The notes below the pieces were generated by a model, which was given only the letters and a program-made list of their open reading frames with translations, was not told the DNA's origin and made no database searches. Below are positions 1-14,879 of a DNA stretch of 64,000 bases, in pieces. A program made the position numbers and the translations under genes. Position 1 is the stretch's first letter, and each line of letters starts with the position of its first letter. Origin of the DNA: the human T2T-CHM13v2.0 reference genome, Homo sapiens; NCBI RefSeq assembly GCF_009914755.1, contig NC_060928.1; one strand, 5' to 3'.

Positions 1-784
1 TGCTAATGAGGATGTACAGCAACAGGAAGTCTCATTCATTGCTGGTGAGAATCCAAAATGGTACAGCCACTTTGGAGGACAGTTTTCAGGTGTTGACAAA
101 ACTAAACTTTTACCAATAATCCAGCCATTGTGTTCCTTGGTATTTACTCAAATGAGCTGAAAACTTTCACCCGAAAACTTGCATGCTTATAGCACTTTTA
201 TTTGTAATTACCAAAACTTGAAAGCAGCCAAGATTTCCTTTAATAGATGAATAGACACATAAACTGTGGAACATCCTCACAATGGAATTTTATTCAATGG
301 TGAAAAGAAATGAGCTTTTAAGGCATGAGAAGATGTGGAGGAAATTTTCACTCATTACTAGGTGAAAGAAGTCAAATTGAATAGGCTAAATAATATATGA
401 TTCCAACTACATCTGAGAAAGACAAATCTGTGAGGACAGAAAAGATACCAGTGGCTGCCAGGGGTTGTGGGGGAGTGAAGTATGAATAGGCAGAACACAG
501 AGGATTTTTAGGGCAGAACGAAACTACTCTGTATAATATTATAATGGTGGAACTTGTCATTATACATTTGTCAAAACCCATAGACTGTAAAACACCAAGA
601 GTGAACCCCTTAATGTAAACTGTGGACTTTGAGTGATAATGATGTATCACTTTAGGTTCATCAATTGTAACAAGTGTATACCACTCTAGTACAGGATGTT
701 GATAGCAGGGTCAGAGAGTATAGAGGAACCCTGTGGTTTCTGCTCTATCAACTTTGGTGTGAAGGTAAAACTGCTCTAAAAAAA
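1..784 (+). mobile_element. L1MC-type LINE-1 3' end (ORF2 tail and 3'UTR)
   Basis: L1 motifs 'ctcattcattgctggtgagaatccaaaatggtacagccactttgg' and L1MC 3'UTR 'aaaacccatagactgtaaaacaccaagagtgaaccc'; ends in an A-run followed by a TG/TA repeat. Confidence 0.85.
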
Positions 785-959
785 ATGTGTGTGTGTGTGT
801 ATATATACATACTTTCATCTAAATATATTATGTTCAAATACATATGCTTATAGCATCATTATATATATCATAAATATGAATATATATATTCAGATGATAG
901 TATATCCTGCCTATAATATTGATAAAACACATTTTAAAATTTAGATTTCAATCACTCAT

Positions 960-2470
960 GAAAAGAAGTTATTTTAAAATAAGCTAAAATAATTTGTCTA
1001 TATACCACCAATATCCAATTAGAAAATACAGGAGAAATGCATTTTATTCAGGAATTTTGACAATACAAAAATACAAGACATCCAGTAATAAACATCAAAA
1101 ATGTGCAGAAATAACATGATATACCTATAAAATTTATTAAAATATACAAAATAAAACAGCTACCTTAATATGTTCACTCATAAATTAACAAGATGAGGTA
1201 TGAGAATAATTTAAAATAATTTGTTTCTTAATTCATTCTTAAAATAAATAAAATAACCAAATTTCATTAAAAAACAAATTGATTGAATTAAACATTTTGA
1301 GAAAATAATTGAAAGATATTTTTCTCAAACATTTAAATATAAAATTGAATATTTTATAAAGAACGCAGGAATAAATATGAAATCAACAAAAATTTTAGAG
1401 GTCAGTTAAATTATTGGTATTAATAGGATACACAATAAAATATTATTTAAACCAGCAAGGGAAGGAAAAGATACTTTATTAATCTGGAAATATGTATTGA
1501 AGGAAAAAAGCAGAATCACCTTACTCTATTATACCTAGTATCAGAAGAAAGTAGAGATAAATATTAATAGTATAGATATATATTCATATGCAGAAATAGC
1601 AAATTAATAGTTATGGCTGTAGAAGAATATAAAATTATTGTATAATGTGTCATAAATAAAATCAAAAGTAAACCAAAAATTGGAAATCTAAGCTGATAAT
1701 TATTATTGTCCTTAAAAACAGGATGTCTATATAGAAGGAAAAAGTTAAACATCCAAATTTTAAAAGTAGCAAAATAAGATGAACTGGCAATTCACAAAAA
1801 AAATGAAATATAATGATTAATAAACTTATGAAAAAGAGTTAAAACTGCAAGTGATCAAAAGTGTGAAAATTTAATTACTAATGAGAGTCTTCTTTTTATA
1901 TAGTGACAATATTAAAGGTTAAATAAATATATATATGTGTATATATGTATTTTACATTGTTTATGTGGAGGAAATTATACTGTCATAAATTGATAATCAG
2001 TGTGTAAAATAATGAAATTTATTCTGGAAAATAATTTGGCAGTATCAATCAAAATACTTAAACATAAAGTGCATTTACTTCGAACCAGCAAATAATAAAT
2101 AATCATACATCTTTAGAGTTATGGTAGTAAAAACTATAGACCACCAAATTGTTCAAAAACAAATTTGGCAAAATAAATTCTAGTACATTAGTATGGTATA
2201 CAGGCTTCAAAAATATTTAATTACATAGAAAATTATTCATGAAGAATTGTTATCAAAAGGATGTTATAGAATAGTACACATAGCAGAATCCAAACTTTAT
2301 ACATCCAAACTAGCAAAAAACACATAAATGATTGTATATAGGCAGATATATATACATACAGCAATAGTTGTCCTGTATTTTAAGATCACAAGTCGTTTTG
2401 TGTTTTTTGTAAAGTTTTCTATTTTGGTAACATACTGATTCAAACAATAAAATTTGAATTTTGACCTTGA
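960..2470 (+). mobile_element. Highly degraded old L1 (L1ME-like) fragments
   Basis: A-rich; residual motifs such as 'aataatttggcagtatcaatcaaaat' and 'atgaactggcaattcacaaaa'. Confidence 0.55.
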
Positions 2471-2488
2471 TTAAAAATAAAAAGACTT

Positions 2489-2821
2489 GGCCGGGTACGG
2501 TGGCTCACACCTGTAATTTCAGCACTTTGGGAGGCTGAGGCAGGCAGATCACCTTAGGTCAGGAGTTCAAGATCAGCCTGACCAACATGGTGAAAACCCG
2601 TCTCTATTAAAAATACAAAAATTAGCCAGGCATGGTGGCAGATGCCTGTAATCCCAACTACTCGGGAGGCTGAGACAGGGAGAATCACTTGAACCCAGGA
2701 GGCGGAAGTTGCAGTGAGCTGAGATCATGCCACCGCACTCCAGCCTGAGCAACAGGGCCAGACTCTGTTTCAAAAAAACAAAAAATAATAAATAAATAAA
2801 TAAATACATAAATAAATAAAT
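2489..2821 (+). mobile_element. AluS (Sx/Sz-like), full length, (TAAA)n tail
   Basis: Dimeric Alu; perfect 12-bp TSD ATAAAAAGACTT at 2477-2488 and 2822-2833. Confidence 0.97.
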
Positions 2822-3189
2822 ATAAAAAGACTTAATCTGCCACACTGATTGGACATAAGGGGTATCGCAATTCAATTAATAGTAAAATGTGAAACACAGT
2901 TTAACACTCAATGACATGTTATTTTAAAATTTTTGACGCATTTAGAATGAAGTGTTAAAAAATAGTAACTTTACTAATACCACTTTATATAATGGTATAC
3001 AAAATTGGCACTATTAAGCCCTCTTCCCCCCAAAATGTAATTATTGCTAACTTTCAAATTATTTTGGTTTGATAAATTCAGAAATTCTGAGAATGATATT
3101 CTAGGGCACCCACTAAAAGCATAAATGATTGATTATCTTGATTATCATTATGGAGGACATTATTTCCCAAATCAGAGTTATCCTAGCTC

Positions 3190-3660
3190 CTATGTTTCAG
3201 AGGCTGATACTTCAGATGAAGGTGAAAGAACAGCCAGCCATCTATAAATGTCAGTATAAAAGTGCTGAATAACATTTGTGTCCATCATTGTACTTCCCTG
3301 AAGGTGGGTGTTTATGAGAAGTGGCCAGAGGATAAAAGTAAGGTGTGGAATTGAACAACCCCCCATTGGTAACTTACATCCTGAAACAAGAGATTTGATT
3401 ACCCTTATCATTATTCGCTTGCTGAAAAGAGCTCCCAAAGCTATTAGTGGTCATAAGATTACTCAGCTGTTTTTTAAATTCAACCATCGTATTTGACTCA
3501 GTGACCTCTTCAGTCAATGAATTTCACAGGTTGACTATACACATTCATAAGGCATTATTTACCTCAATTTGTTCTGAATTTACTGCTCCTTATTTTTATC
3601 AAGTATCTCCTTGTCTTCATCTTATTATGGGACAAGGTTAAAAAAAAGTGTCCTTTGTAA
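3190..3660 (-). mobile_element. Ancient CR1/L3-clade LINE 3' fragment (ORF2 C-terminus and 3'UTR)
   Basis: Minus strand reads KTRRYLIKIRSSKFRTN (3617-3567) and IVNL*NSLTEEVTESNTMVEFKKQLSNLM (3538-3452), matching the CR1 'TRGH...VVNLWNSLPEEVV...FKKRLD' motif; downstream 'tcaccttcatctgaagtatcag' resembles the CR1 3'UTR. Confidence 0.75.
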
Positions 3661-4584
3661 TTTTCAATGCTTTAGTCAAGGATTTTTCTAAAATACATCA
3701 GATTTATAACTGTTTCTTAGGAAAATGAAAAATCTAGCTACAATCCATCTATTCTCTATTGGTATTTTATTCTCAGTACGATTTCTTATTACTTGGCTTT
3801 GAATTCAATACTCGTTATACTTCATCATTCTATTTCTTTCATATTATTAACAACACAAGAATGACAACATGAACATACAATTTTTTTCCAATAAGAAAAT
3901 CCAAGTTCATAATGACATCAAGATCAGGAATACTGTGATTTTCTCTTAAATGAAGCATCAGTCTTGGTAAAACTGATACATTCAAAATACTTAAATTCCA
4001 AGCCAAGTGGAGCACAGTTGACTAGTATACTGTTCAATAACAGTATTTTTGGCATTATCCTTTAGAGGAGATTCTTTCTGCTAGATTGTTCTGGAATGAC
4101 TTAGATTCACAAAAATCAGATGAATGGATAAGCTGATCATTTAGTCATGCAATCCTATTGTAATTCATCTAAACAAATGATCTTGTGTTTTGCCACAGAG
4201 TTGCTTTTCATAAACTGGACGGATCTTTCTTACCACAACATTCAGAGATACACTAAATGCTCATAGAGGTAATTTCTATATAGGGAACGCATATTTTCCC
4301 AATTTTTTTGTAGTTACAAATAATTATGCTGAATTTAAATTAGCAATTTTCAATTGAATAGGTAGGTATAGTTTTCTTTTACACTGTGCATTCTTTCATA
4401 GTTGAAAATGTTTACAAACCCTGTTGTGTGTCATCATGTTCATTCAAGACTTCCTCGTTCATGTAATAAAGTTGTATGAAATTACTTTAGAAATAAAATG
4501 TGATACCATGCAAGTATACAATTAATACACAGTCAGCAAAAGAGTAGTCCTCCCTTGTTATTTAGCCTCTCCTTAGATGTAGTC

Positions 4585-4700
4585 CAGAGGACATCTGCTT
4601 GACAAAAACGAGTTTCTGGATTTCGCCCTAGACCTACTAAATAAAATTCTCTGTGAGGCAGAAATCAGGAGCCAGCCTTTTAAATTAAATCTTTATCTGT
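4585..4700. mobile_element. MER5-like hAT-Charlie fragment
   Basis: 'gccctagacctactaaataaaattctctg' resembles MER5A 'ccccagacctactgaatcagaatctctg'. Confidence 0.6.
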
Positions 4701-4709
4701 GCTCTTTAC

Positions 4710-5040
4710 AATTCTCTTTAGGCCTCTTTTCATTTTTAACTCTCTCCCTGGGAAGTCTCCTCTACACCTATGCTTCAGCTATATATCAATGCCTCTTAAT
4801 GTATCTCCAGCGTGGGGGTCATGTTTGAGCACCAGGTATCACCTTCTGGTTTGTCTCAGAGATATTTTATACTCAAACCGAAGTTATGACATCCCCATGA
4901 AAACTTTCTTTCATCTAGTTTCATCTATTTTCCTCACAGTGAACGGTAACACCACTGAAGTGCCCAAATCAGAAACTGGTATCTTCTCTTCTTCCCTCCT
5001 CTCTTTAATTCTTTTAGTAGTAAAATCTGCTGTATTATCC
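4710..5040 (+). mobile_element. L2 fragment
   Basis: L2 ORF2 motifs 'ctccctggg...tatctccagc' and 'cagtgaacggtaacaccac...cccaaatcagaaactgg'. Confidence 0.7.
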
Positions 5041-6025
5041 ATTAATGGATTTCTCTTGGGATTTATGTTTAGAAAATGTGCTCATGGATGAGAACAGATA
5101 AACCACGCTTCTGATTAAATGATGGAGCATAATTGCTAAATTGTGAGTCAGGGTTAGAGATCGAGGATGACATCATGAAGCTGAAGAGTATCTGAGTTAT
5201 GTTTCATTATGGAGAAAAATGTCCAAGACTTTTTCCAGCTGCATGCTTACATAATTGAAATCATAATATCAACAGAGATTTAACTGAGCATTTATTGAAC
5301 ATAAGACTAAGATACTAAAAATAAATCTATGCTAGAGAACTATAAGAGTCTATGAAGGAAAAATAAGAAAAAAATACATAGAAGTCATTGTAAAAGGAAG
5401 TTGTTCAATCTTTTTACAATGGTTAAATCTTAGTATTGTTCAAAGTTTTCCATTTATAAAAATTTGGCTTAATTTCTTTGGAATAAAACAATGTCTACAT
5501 TTATCTTTTTCTTACAGTTGAATTAGAATTCAGTGATGTTCAAACATATTTTCAGAGAAAATAATTATAATATCCTAGAGGCCAAAGCATTCCATTTGAA
5601 AGCCCTCATTCACTGTGCTCTTCTGAAATGGAGCTATTGCAAAAGCATGTTCCATTTTAACACTATCACGAAGATTCCTCTCTTCCACTTTCCCAAGTTG
5701 TTTCCTTATAGATTTGATAAGTATTAATTACCAGGACATTTGTCTCAGAAGGAAACATATGAGGCAGGAATATATCGATATGAACTTAAAATTATATTAT
5801 TGTTACTTACAGATAAAATTTTCTTTTCAAAACAATATAGAAAGGCAGTTAATATTTTTATCACAAATTTAGAATTAAAGAAGTAATGTGTGCTGTTCGT
5901 ATAATAGTTAATAATTTACGCTCTATTAGATCACTTTATGTTTGTCCTTATGTGTAGATTTAGTGAGTACTCTAAAATGGCTTTAATTATGTAACATTTG
6001 ATACAGATTTAAGTGGGTTATATTA

Positions 6026-6360
6026 CAGAGTTCCTCAACCCCCGGGCCACAGATTGGTAATGGTCCATGGCCTGTTAGGAACTGGGCTGCATTGCAGTAG
6101 GAGAGCAGTGGGCAAGCCAACATTACCACCTGAGCTCTGCCTCCTGTCAGATCAGCCACAGCATTAGATTCTTCTATGAGCATGAACCCTACTGTGAACT
6201 GAGTGTATGAGGGATCTAGGTGGTGTGCTCCTTATGAGAATCTAGTGCCTCATGATCTGAGGTGAAAGAGTTTCCTCCTGAAAACATCTCCTGACCAATT
6301 TTTGGAAAAATTGTCTTCCATGAAACCAGTCCCTGGTGCCAAACAGGTTGGGAACCCCTG
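6026..6360. mobile_element. MER1B hAT-Charlie DNA transposon, full length
   Basis: Termini CAGAGTTCCTCAACC...GGTTGGGAACCCCTG; internal 'ctgagctctgcctcctgtcagatcagc'; near-TSD GGTTATAT/GGTTATAA. Confidence 0.9.
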
Positions 6361-7539
6361 GGTTATAAGTCATAAAGAAAGAAAACACACTTACAGTCCC
6401 ACCATCTACTTATGAAATAGAGCATAACCAATGGTGTGGCTTCAACGGGTATGTGTCTCCTCAGTCCCACTCTTCTGTCTTTCCAACATAAGTAACACCC
6501 CCCTGAAGTTTCTATTAACGATTTTTTTTTACTTTAAAAAATAGTTTGAAGACATATCACTCAGCAGCATTTTTAAATTCATTCATGTGGTTGCATATGG
6601 CTGTAATTTAATTTCACTGTGATCTAACATTTCATTCTGAGATTATTCTACATTTTATCAATTCTCCTGTTGATACATGTTGCAGTTGTTTAAAGTTATT
6701 GCCTTTAAGAGCTAGGTACAATGAATATTTTTGTGTAGATTTTGTGGTACACATTTGTAATAATTCTCTATGATATGTACCTAGAAGTGGAACTGCTGTG
6801 TCGTAGAGAATGAGAATGTTCAAACCTAAAATATAATGCCAAACTATTTTCTGAAAGGATTGTACTAATTCACACTCCTGATAGCAGTAATCAAAGGTTC
6901 TCATGAACTCATATGCTCAACAAAATTTTGTGTTTATTTATTGTCCGTCCAAATTTCACCATTCTGGCCAATATAAATAACATGGTATATCATTGCAGCA
7001 TTAATTACTGATTATCTGATTACTAAAAAGAGTGAGCCTGTTTTTACGTATTTGTTTACCATTTGGTTTTTATAAACATTGCCTATTTATATTATTTGCC
7101 CATTCTTATATTGGGTTATCTATTTCTTATTGACGTATAAGTGTTCTTTATATATTCTGTATAATTATTTTTCTCAGTTTCATATGTTTCAAATACTTTC
7201 TGCAGTGTATAGTTTGTTATCTTGCCACATAGTGCCTATTGATGAGTAGGATATCTTAATATCAATATGTTCAATTAATTTTTAAACTTCGAATTTTTAA
7301 GCACTTGTTTCCAGTTTAAACATTCTTTAATGTGGTATCTATATGTTCCATATTTTTAAACCTAAAATTATAATTTTTAAAATTGTAAATATTCAAGGCA
7401 ATTTGAATTTATTTTTATATATAGAATTTGATAATGAGTTTGTTACACAGAAGTAACCAACAATCCCAGAATAATTCATGGAACAGTTACATCTTTCTCC
7501 CACTTATTAGCAGTGCCACATATGGCAGACAGTATGCAA

Positions 7540-7630
7540 AATCCATTAAGGAAATATTTAATGAGCACTTACTATATGTCAGTTACGCTTTAGGTGCTAG
7601 AAATAGCGCAGTGAGAAAAATTTCTGTGTT
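7540..7630 (-). mobile_element. L2 3' end nested in L1ME
   Basis: 'aaatatttaatgagcacttactatatgtcag...taggtgctagaaatagcgcagtgag'. Confidence 0.7.
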
Positions 7631-7840
7631 CGTAATTGAGCTGGTTTTGGATCTCTCTAGTCTGCTGCATTTGTAAATATTTTTAACCCTGAATCAATTT
7701 TACAATACCTTATTTATTATATATGTATAGCAAGATTTAATGTCTCATAGGAAAAGTTCTGCTTTGAACTATTTTGGCTAGTATGATCACTTGCTCTTGC
7801 ACTCCTCCATAAAAATATTAGAATTAGCTTGCCAAGTCAG

Positions 7841-7847
7841 ACACACA

Positions 7848-7886
<39 letters not shown>
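7841..7886. repeat. (CA)n microsatellite
   Basis: Direct reading. Confidence 0.95.
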
Positions 7887-7888
<2 letters not shown>

Positions 7889-8925
7889 CTGTAGGAAGGA
7901 TGAAAAAATTGCATTCAATGTATGGGTCAATTAAGGGAGAAAGAACATCTTGATAATATTACTTCTTCTCAATGGACATGATATCTCTCTCCTTTTATTT
8001 AAGTCTTTAAAAAATCTCTTTCAAGAAGATCTTATAAAAGTTTCCATATTTTCTTTGAAAATTTAATTAAGTATGTTCACAGATGTTTCCTATTATTATT
8101 ATTTCTTATTGGTAGTTGTCAGTATATAAAAATATAAGACTAAATCATTTTTTATGTATTTATTCTATCTCCTACCACTTAGCTAAATTCATTTTTTCTA
8201 ACAACCTATCTGTAGATACTCTGGTTTTCTGCATATACAGTAATGAATTCAATTTTTCATATCTTTGTTTTAGTCTTTCGGAGTACAGAAAGGTCCTCTA
8301 TACACTTTGAATGTAAGAGTGATGACATGATAACAGAAACCCTCATATAGCTCTTTATAGAAAAGGTAATGCTTTTGATATTTCACCAGTAAAACGATAG
8401 TTTCTGTAGGTTTATGGCAAATATAATTTATCCTGAGAGAAACTTCCCCAATATTTGTATTTTCTAAATAGCTTTTTATTAGTGGACTTTGTATTATATA
8501 AAATGCATTTTATGATATCTAATAAGAATCATATTTTCTTCCTTCTGTAACATAGTAAAATAAAGTTATCAATTTACTAATGTTATATCTGTTGAATTTC
8601 TAGACTAAGTCCATCTTCGTCATGATATATCAATTTATAGAAATTACCGGACTCTGTTTGCTAATATTTTTATTATATATAGTATCATGAGTTAATGAGG
8701 CCTCAGATTTTCCATTCTTGTACTGTCTTTGTCTTGTTTTGTTATCAGACTTAAATATGTAAGATGACTGAAGAATTACTTCTCTTTCATATACTTTGGA
8801 AGGGTTCTTGTAATAGTGAAATGATCTGGTTTTGTGGGACTATCCTGTAAAATAGCAAAGAATTAGTGTTTTCTTTGAGGGAAGACAATTTACTCAGATA
8901 TATTGTCTTTTGAGATTATTGAACT

Positions 8926-9445
8926 TGTGAAGCAGGTTCATGATGTGCTGGTCCCCATCTCAGCACACTGCATCTTGGTCTGCACCTTTACTTCTTGCCT
9001 GAGTCCAGTGAGACAGAACACTTACACACACAACAGGTTACATGCAGTGGACTTGTTACTTACAGATAGGCAGCAAGGGACAACAGAAGCTAAAGATTCA
9101 TGGCAACCCCATCCCCCAAGGGTCTGGAAAACCACCCAAGGTGGCTGGAATATTATCTATGCATACACAACTTACCCCACAGCTGACGGACTGCAAAAAC
9201 CAACCCACCCTAGATTTTATACCCAAAGTGCCATAGGGTAAAAATCACTAAGGACGTCCTGTTTCTAGGGGGACGAGAACAGGGCCTGGGCTATTCCAGT
9301 CAACTCCCCCTTATCTCAGGATGTTGCCTGCCTAGCACACTTTACAGTTATTCTTTGAAACTCCTGTATATGACTGGAAGACCAGATAACAAGTGAGAAA
9401 AAGAGAACTGGATTGGTCAAAGACTATCTGGAAAACTGTCCTGTA
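8926..9445 (-). mobile_element. Solo LTR, LTR47-like (ERVL)
   Basis: 'tgaagcaggttca...gagacagaacac...acttacagataggcagcaagggacaacagaagc' matches recalled LTR47; GC-richer block interrupting the L1ME. Confidence 0.65.
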
Positions 9446-10940
9446 GTTTTCTTCCAGATGATGTTCGTTACATTTTTCTAAGAGTTTATCTAATTTGTCC
9501 AGGTTTTTACATTTATTCTTAATACAAAAATTTCCATATTATACTTTTACAATTATTATTATTAAAATTCACTATGTCTTTAATTTTATTTTTCATTTTT
9601 GTTTTATTTCTCTTTTTCTTGATTTATATTTTATTTGTATCATTTAGTAATTAATAGATTATTTTTCTTTTTTCTATTTAAATAATTTTAGCTTTTTGTT
9701 ATCTCATTCTGATTTCTTTGGGTTATTCTCTTTTTTCTAACATTTTTAGATGGTTGCTGTGCTCATTAATTTTTAGTCTTTCTTATAAGAACATGTAATG
9801 ATTTAAATTTCCTTCAATTTGTCATTTTTGTTGCTTCACAAATTTGAATATGTGGCATTTTTGGGTTTTTTTAGTTCTAATTATTTCTAATCTTGGATAT
9901 GCTTTTTTAGGTCAAAAATCATTTAACAGTAATCTTTTTAAATCTACCAATTTAGGGAATTTTAGTATAGCTTTCTGTCAATAACTTTTAATTTTATTTT
10001 ATTGTGCTAAACAACATAATTTCCAAGATACCAATTCTCTGAAATTCATTGAGGCTTTCTTTTGGCCTATTATATGACCCATATTGGCAAATCATCCATA
10101 TGTGCTATACTATCAACTTTATATTTTCAAATTGTAGGGCTCAGAGTTCTAATATATTTATTAAATTTCTTGTTCTAATTTTTACATCCATTTTTTCTTA
10201 AACTAACATAAATGGAAAAAGTTACATTAAATTTTCCCATCATAATGATAGACTTGTGCATTTATCTTTATAGTTTTATTAAGACTTACTTGATATATGA
10301 TCAGCCAATTTCATTGGTACACACGATTAGAAAAATATATATATTCATGATAATTTGAGCCTTGTTATCAATGTATGAAAATGGTATTACTTTTAATTCT
10401 ATTTATCCTGACATTAATATAGCTATCTCTCTTTTCCTTTTATTAAAACTTGTACAATATAAGGTTTTCCAGATTTTTACTTTTAATAATCTATACCCTG
10501 AAGTTTTAGGTATTTTGGTATTTTAATATTAGAAAAAGTAGAGTTAGTAGTGTTTTAGTCAAGTATGACTTATTATACAACTATGTCAATTGAACTTATT
10601 ATTATTTTGATTTATGTTATATTTGTCCTTGTTCCAGTATTTAACTGTCAAATTGTCCACTTTTGTTATGCATTTTTTTCTTGCTTTGCTTTTGATTGAC
10701 GTTTGGGTTTTGTTTTGTACTTTGTATTATTCTATTTTTCTCTATTGAAAAGATAGAAATATTTGTATTTTTATTATATAGTTTTAAACTTTTGGGGGTT
10801 TAGTTGCAAAACTATTTTTTTAGCCTTAAAATTATTTTAATCTATATCTGAACTCTCTTTCTAAACAGTTCAGGGACCTTTACCACTGACAATAATCCTT
10901 GCAATTTGAATTGCTATGTTATTAGTATATAGTGCTTTAA

Positions 10941-11345
<405 letters not shown>

Positions 11346-13535
11346 TCAATTGTGTCTCTTTTTAAGACACTCATTATTATACGTATTCATTTAAATAGAC
11401 GTTTGTTTGCCATCCTATTTATAAATGTGTTTGTTAATCCTCTCTTTTTACATATCAGACATTCCTGTGGAACCTTCTTTCTTCTTCTTGATTTATTCTG
11501 TATACATTCTTGTAGAAATGCTGTATTGGTAAACTCTCTCAGTTTTTTAAATGTTTTAATTTCTTCCCATTTATTGAAACATCATTGTTAGTTATATAGT
11601 TCTAAGTTGGTTATTTCCTCTCTATAGCACAATGATTTTAGACTATGCTCTCTGGTTTCTATTATTGCTATGAGTAGCAGGTTCTCAGCCCAGTTTCCTT
11701 TCCTTTGTAAGAGATATAATTTTTCATTTTGAATGTGATTTTAATCTTCATATTGTACTTGTTGTTCCAAAGTTTCACTGAGATATGCCTAAGCATGGAG
11801 TTAATTAGTTTATGACATTCTAATATATGTTGTGCTGCCTCTATTCATGGATTAATAGCTTCTTTAACTTTTGGCACATTCTCAACTATAAATATCACTT
11901 CTCTTCTATTTCCTCTATTGTCTCCTTTTGAACGTCAGTTCAAAAAGTTAGGTATAACTTTTATAGTCATATTTTTCTTTTTCATTTTGTGATTTTATCG
12001 ATTTATTTCACCATTTTGTACTTGTTTTATATTGTGTATTATATAATAATTCCAATGTCTGAAATTCTTGGATTTTAGTGTCTTGTTTGTTTTTATATGT
12101 GTTTATGATCCTTGATTGAAAGTTTAATTTGATTGGTCATAACTGATAAAAATCTTGAGGGTAAAATTACACATTCATTTTTCAGATAAAAGGGTCTAGA
12201 TTTGTATATTCAAAGAGCCAAAAGATACAATCAATCTGCAGTCAATTTAGCTTCTTCCTAAATATTGGAGTTTATTTGGCACATTGAGGAAAATGACCAA
12301 GGCTTATTAGCAGGTATAAGCTTTTGCTACCATTCAAGTGTGCCCTAGATGCAGGACTTCTACACAGATAATAGCTCAAATATCATTGTTTTATTAAATT
12401 ATTATTTGTTCATAAATTTGAAAGATTATTCTTACTTATCACCCCCACAATCCATTAGAAAGCAAGTTTTATACAGAATCTTTTTTTTTTTTCTCCAATG
12501 GGTAGGATTTTTAGAGGTTATAGTTCCCCGGATTTCTGGAAATAAGAGGTTATATTCTCACTGTAAAGCTCTCTATACAGTCTATTAAATCATACAAATT
12601 TGACACAGGCATGTGAAAAAACTCAGAGTCTCAAAAAAACCATTTTAATTATAGTAGCTTTGTAATCTATTTTATTAAAAATGAGAAGAAAAATAAAAAC
12701 ACTAACTGTGGTTTTAGTTAATATTTTAAAAAATCTTCTTTAAGTAAACTTTTCAAGTAGTAAAGAGATGATAACCCTTATTAATTTCCCCTAATCATGA
12801 GATACTAATAAGCAAAATAAAACAAATACAATTAAATAGAATTTAAAAAATCATGACAAAGAATTGGAATTGAATAGAAGAGTGATTAGTAAGTCAAATG
12901 TTTTGTTAATTTAAAACTGTGTAATGGCCTTTTGATTCATCAAATTTGATATATCTGATATCTTAACAGTAGAGAATTCCTCTCCCAGTCTATAATTAAA
13001 ACCATAGAACTTTCAGGGTATGTAGCCTAGAGATAACTGGATATACTGTATGATTGGGGCATGAGGAATGGCATGAGCCCAGGATATTGTGTATATTTGT
13101 GTTTTTGTGTGCATGTTTCACAGTAGTATCCAGGGCTTCTTCTGATCAAGATAGTAGTGAGAAGCTATTTTGACTAAATAATAAGGTATATTATACCTGG
13201 CCCATTGAACAGATTATAACAATTAGCAGTATAATCATGTATGCATCATGTAGATAGTGAATAATTAGAGAGATTATGATAGTCTTATCTTTCTAGTAGG
13301 TGATATTCAATTTATAGTAACTTTAATTTTACATTAATAATGTTATCTACAAAAATACTAAAATTATTAAATAAAAAGGATTCACAGTTATAATTTATAG
13401 TGTTATTTTAGTTCTAATAAAATACTCTGGGAGATATAATTCATAATAAAATGTTTAGGAATTTAAAAATTATAAACAGCATAGAGTGGTAGCTTAATTA
13501 ATTACACTGTAATTATATGAATATATTTGATGGGG

Positions 13536-13953
13536 TGTATTAGCCCATTTTTGCATAGCTATAAAGAAATATCCAAGACTGGGTATTTTGTAAAGAAAAC
13601 ACGTTTAATTGGCTGGTGGTTCACCAGACTGTACAGAAAGCATGGGAGCATCTTCTACTGGGAGGCCTCATGGAGCTTCTAATCATGGCAGAAGGCCAAG
13701 AAGGGTTAGGCGCCTTACATGGCAAAAGCAGGAGGAAGAGAGAGAGAAGGGGGAGGTGCTGCACACTTTTAAACAACCAGATCTCACGATAACGCACTCA
13801 CCATCAAAAAAAGCAGTACTAATGGATGGAGCTAAACCATTCATGAGAAACCATCCTCATGATCCAATCACCTCCAACCAAGCCCCACCTCCAGCATTGG
13901 GGATTAAAATTGGACATGAGATTTGGACAGGAACACAAATCCAAACCATACCA
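13536..13953 (-). mobile_element. MSTA-like MaLR solo LTR, full length
   Basis: TGTATTAG...CCAAACCATACCA termini; 'cacacttttaaacaaccagatctc'; 5-bp TSD TGGGG/CGGGG. Confidence 0.9.
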
Positions 13954-14879
13954 CGGGGTGAAAAACTCCATAATGAAATAACATAAATTTTGCATATGAA
14001 GTACATTACTTGATTGTAATTATTTTACTCTATATATTACAAAAAACTCATTATTCAATAATCTTGATATAATTTTAAATTTAAAAACATGTTCATTCAA
14101 AATCATTGCACAATGAGTAGGTAGCAAAAAGTAGTGAAGGCATGTAGTAACTTAAGGTATTAATCACAGACTTTCAGGGTATGTTTACATAATACTTAAA
14201 CAACAAGTAAAATCTGTAAGATTATTAAATCTAATTGTCAACCTCAAGAAAAAAGTAAGCACTACAAATTATTCAGTCTTAGCAACTGCCTTATTGAACG
14301 CTACTGATGACAGCAACGTTTGTAGCTCTCTTTTCTCCAAGTTAGAGCATTACAGAAATTACTGTTGCCAAATACTGGCTGTTTTGCAAGTCAAAAAAAG
14401 TGGGTATGCCATCATTTTCAAGCCATATTATTTTGGAAATACTGCTTGGATTTCAAGAGTTGGAAATTATTTATTTGTGCCCAATTATATATACAGCTTC
14501 ACTCTAACATTTTGTGTTGGTCCTTCACTGCAATATTCTTGTTTTATTTTAAATGATTATTCTATGCAGGCACTTACTCTCCAACAAACAGCTCTTCTGC
14601 AGGAATAGTCTTTATGCTCTGAGCCCATCAAGACAATTACACATTTGAAAAAAGGCAAGCTTTAGGGAGAAAAATAATTTGATTTTCTGGCAACGTCTTT
14701 CAAGCCTTTTTCTTTCTTGTATCTGCTATTTCTTTCAGGTTTTTGCAAGTCCTTTCCTTGGTTCCCTTTTTTAATCTTTTAATTCAAGACTGGTTTTACA
14801 AGTTCCTAGGAAAGAGAGTTAATGTGGAGTTGTTTCAGGGGCAGCATTATGCAAACAAAGAACTAAGCAAAATCATAGA

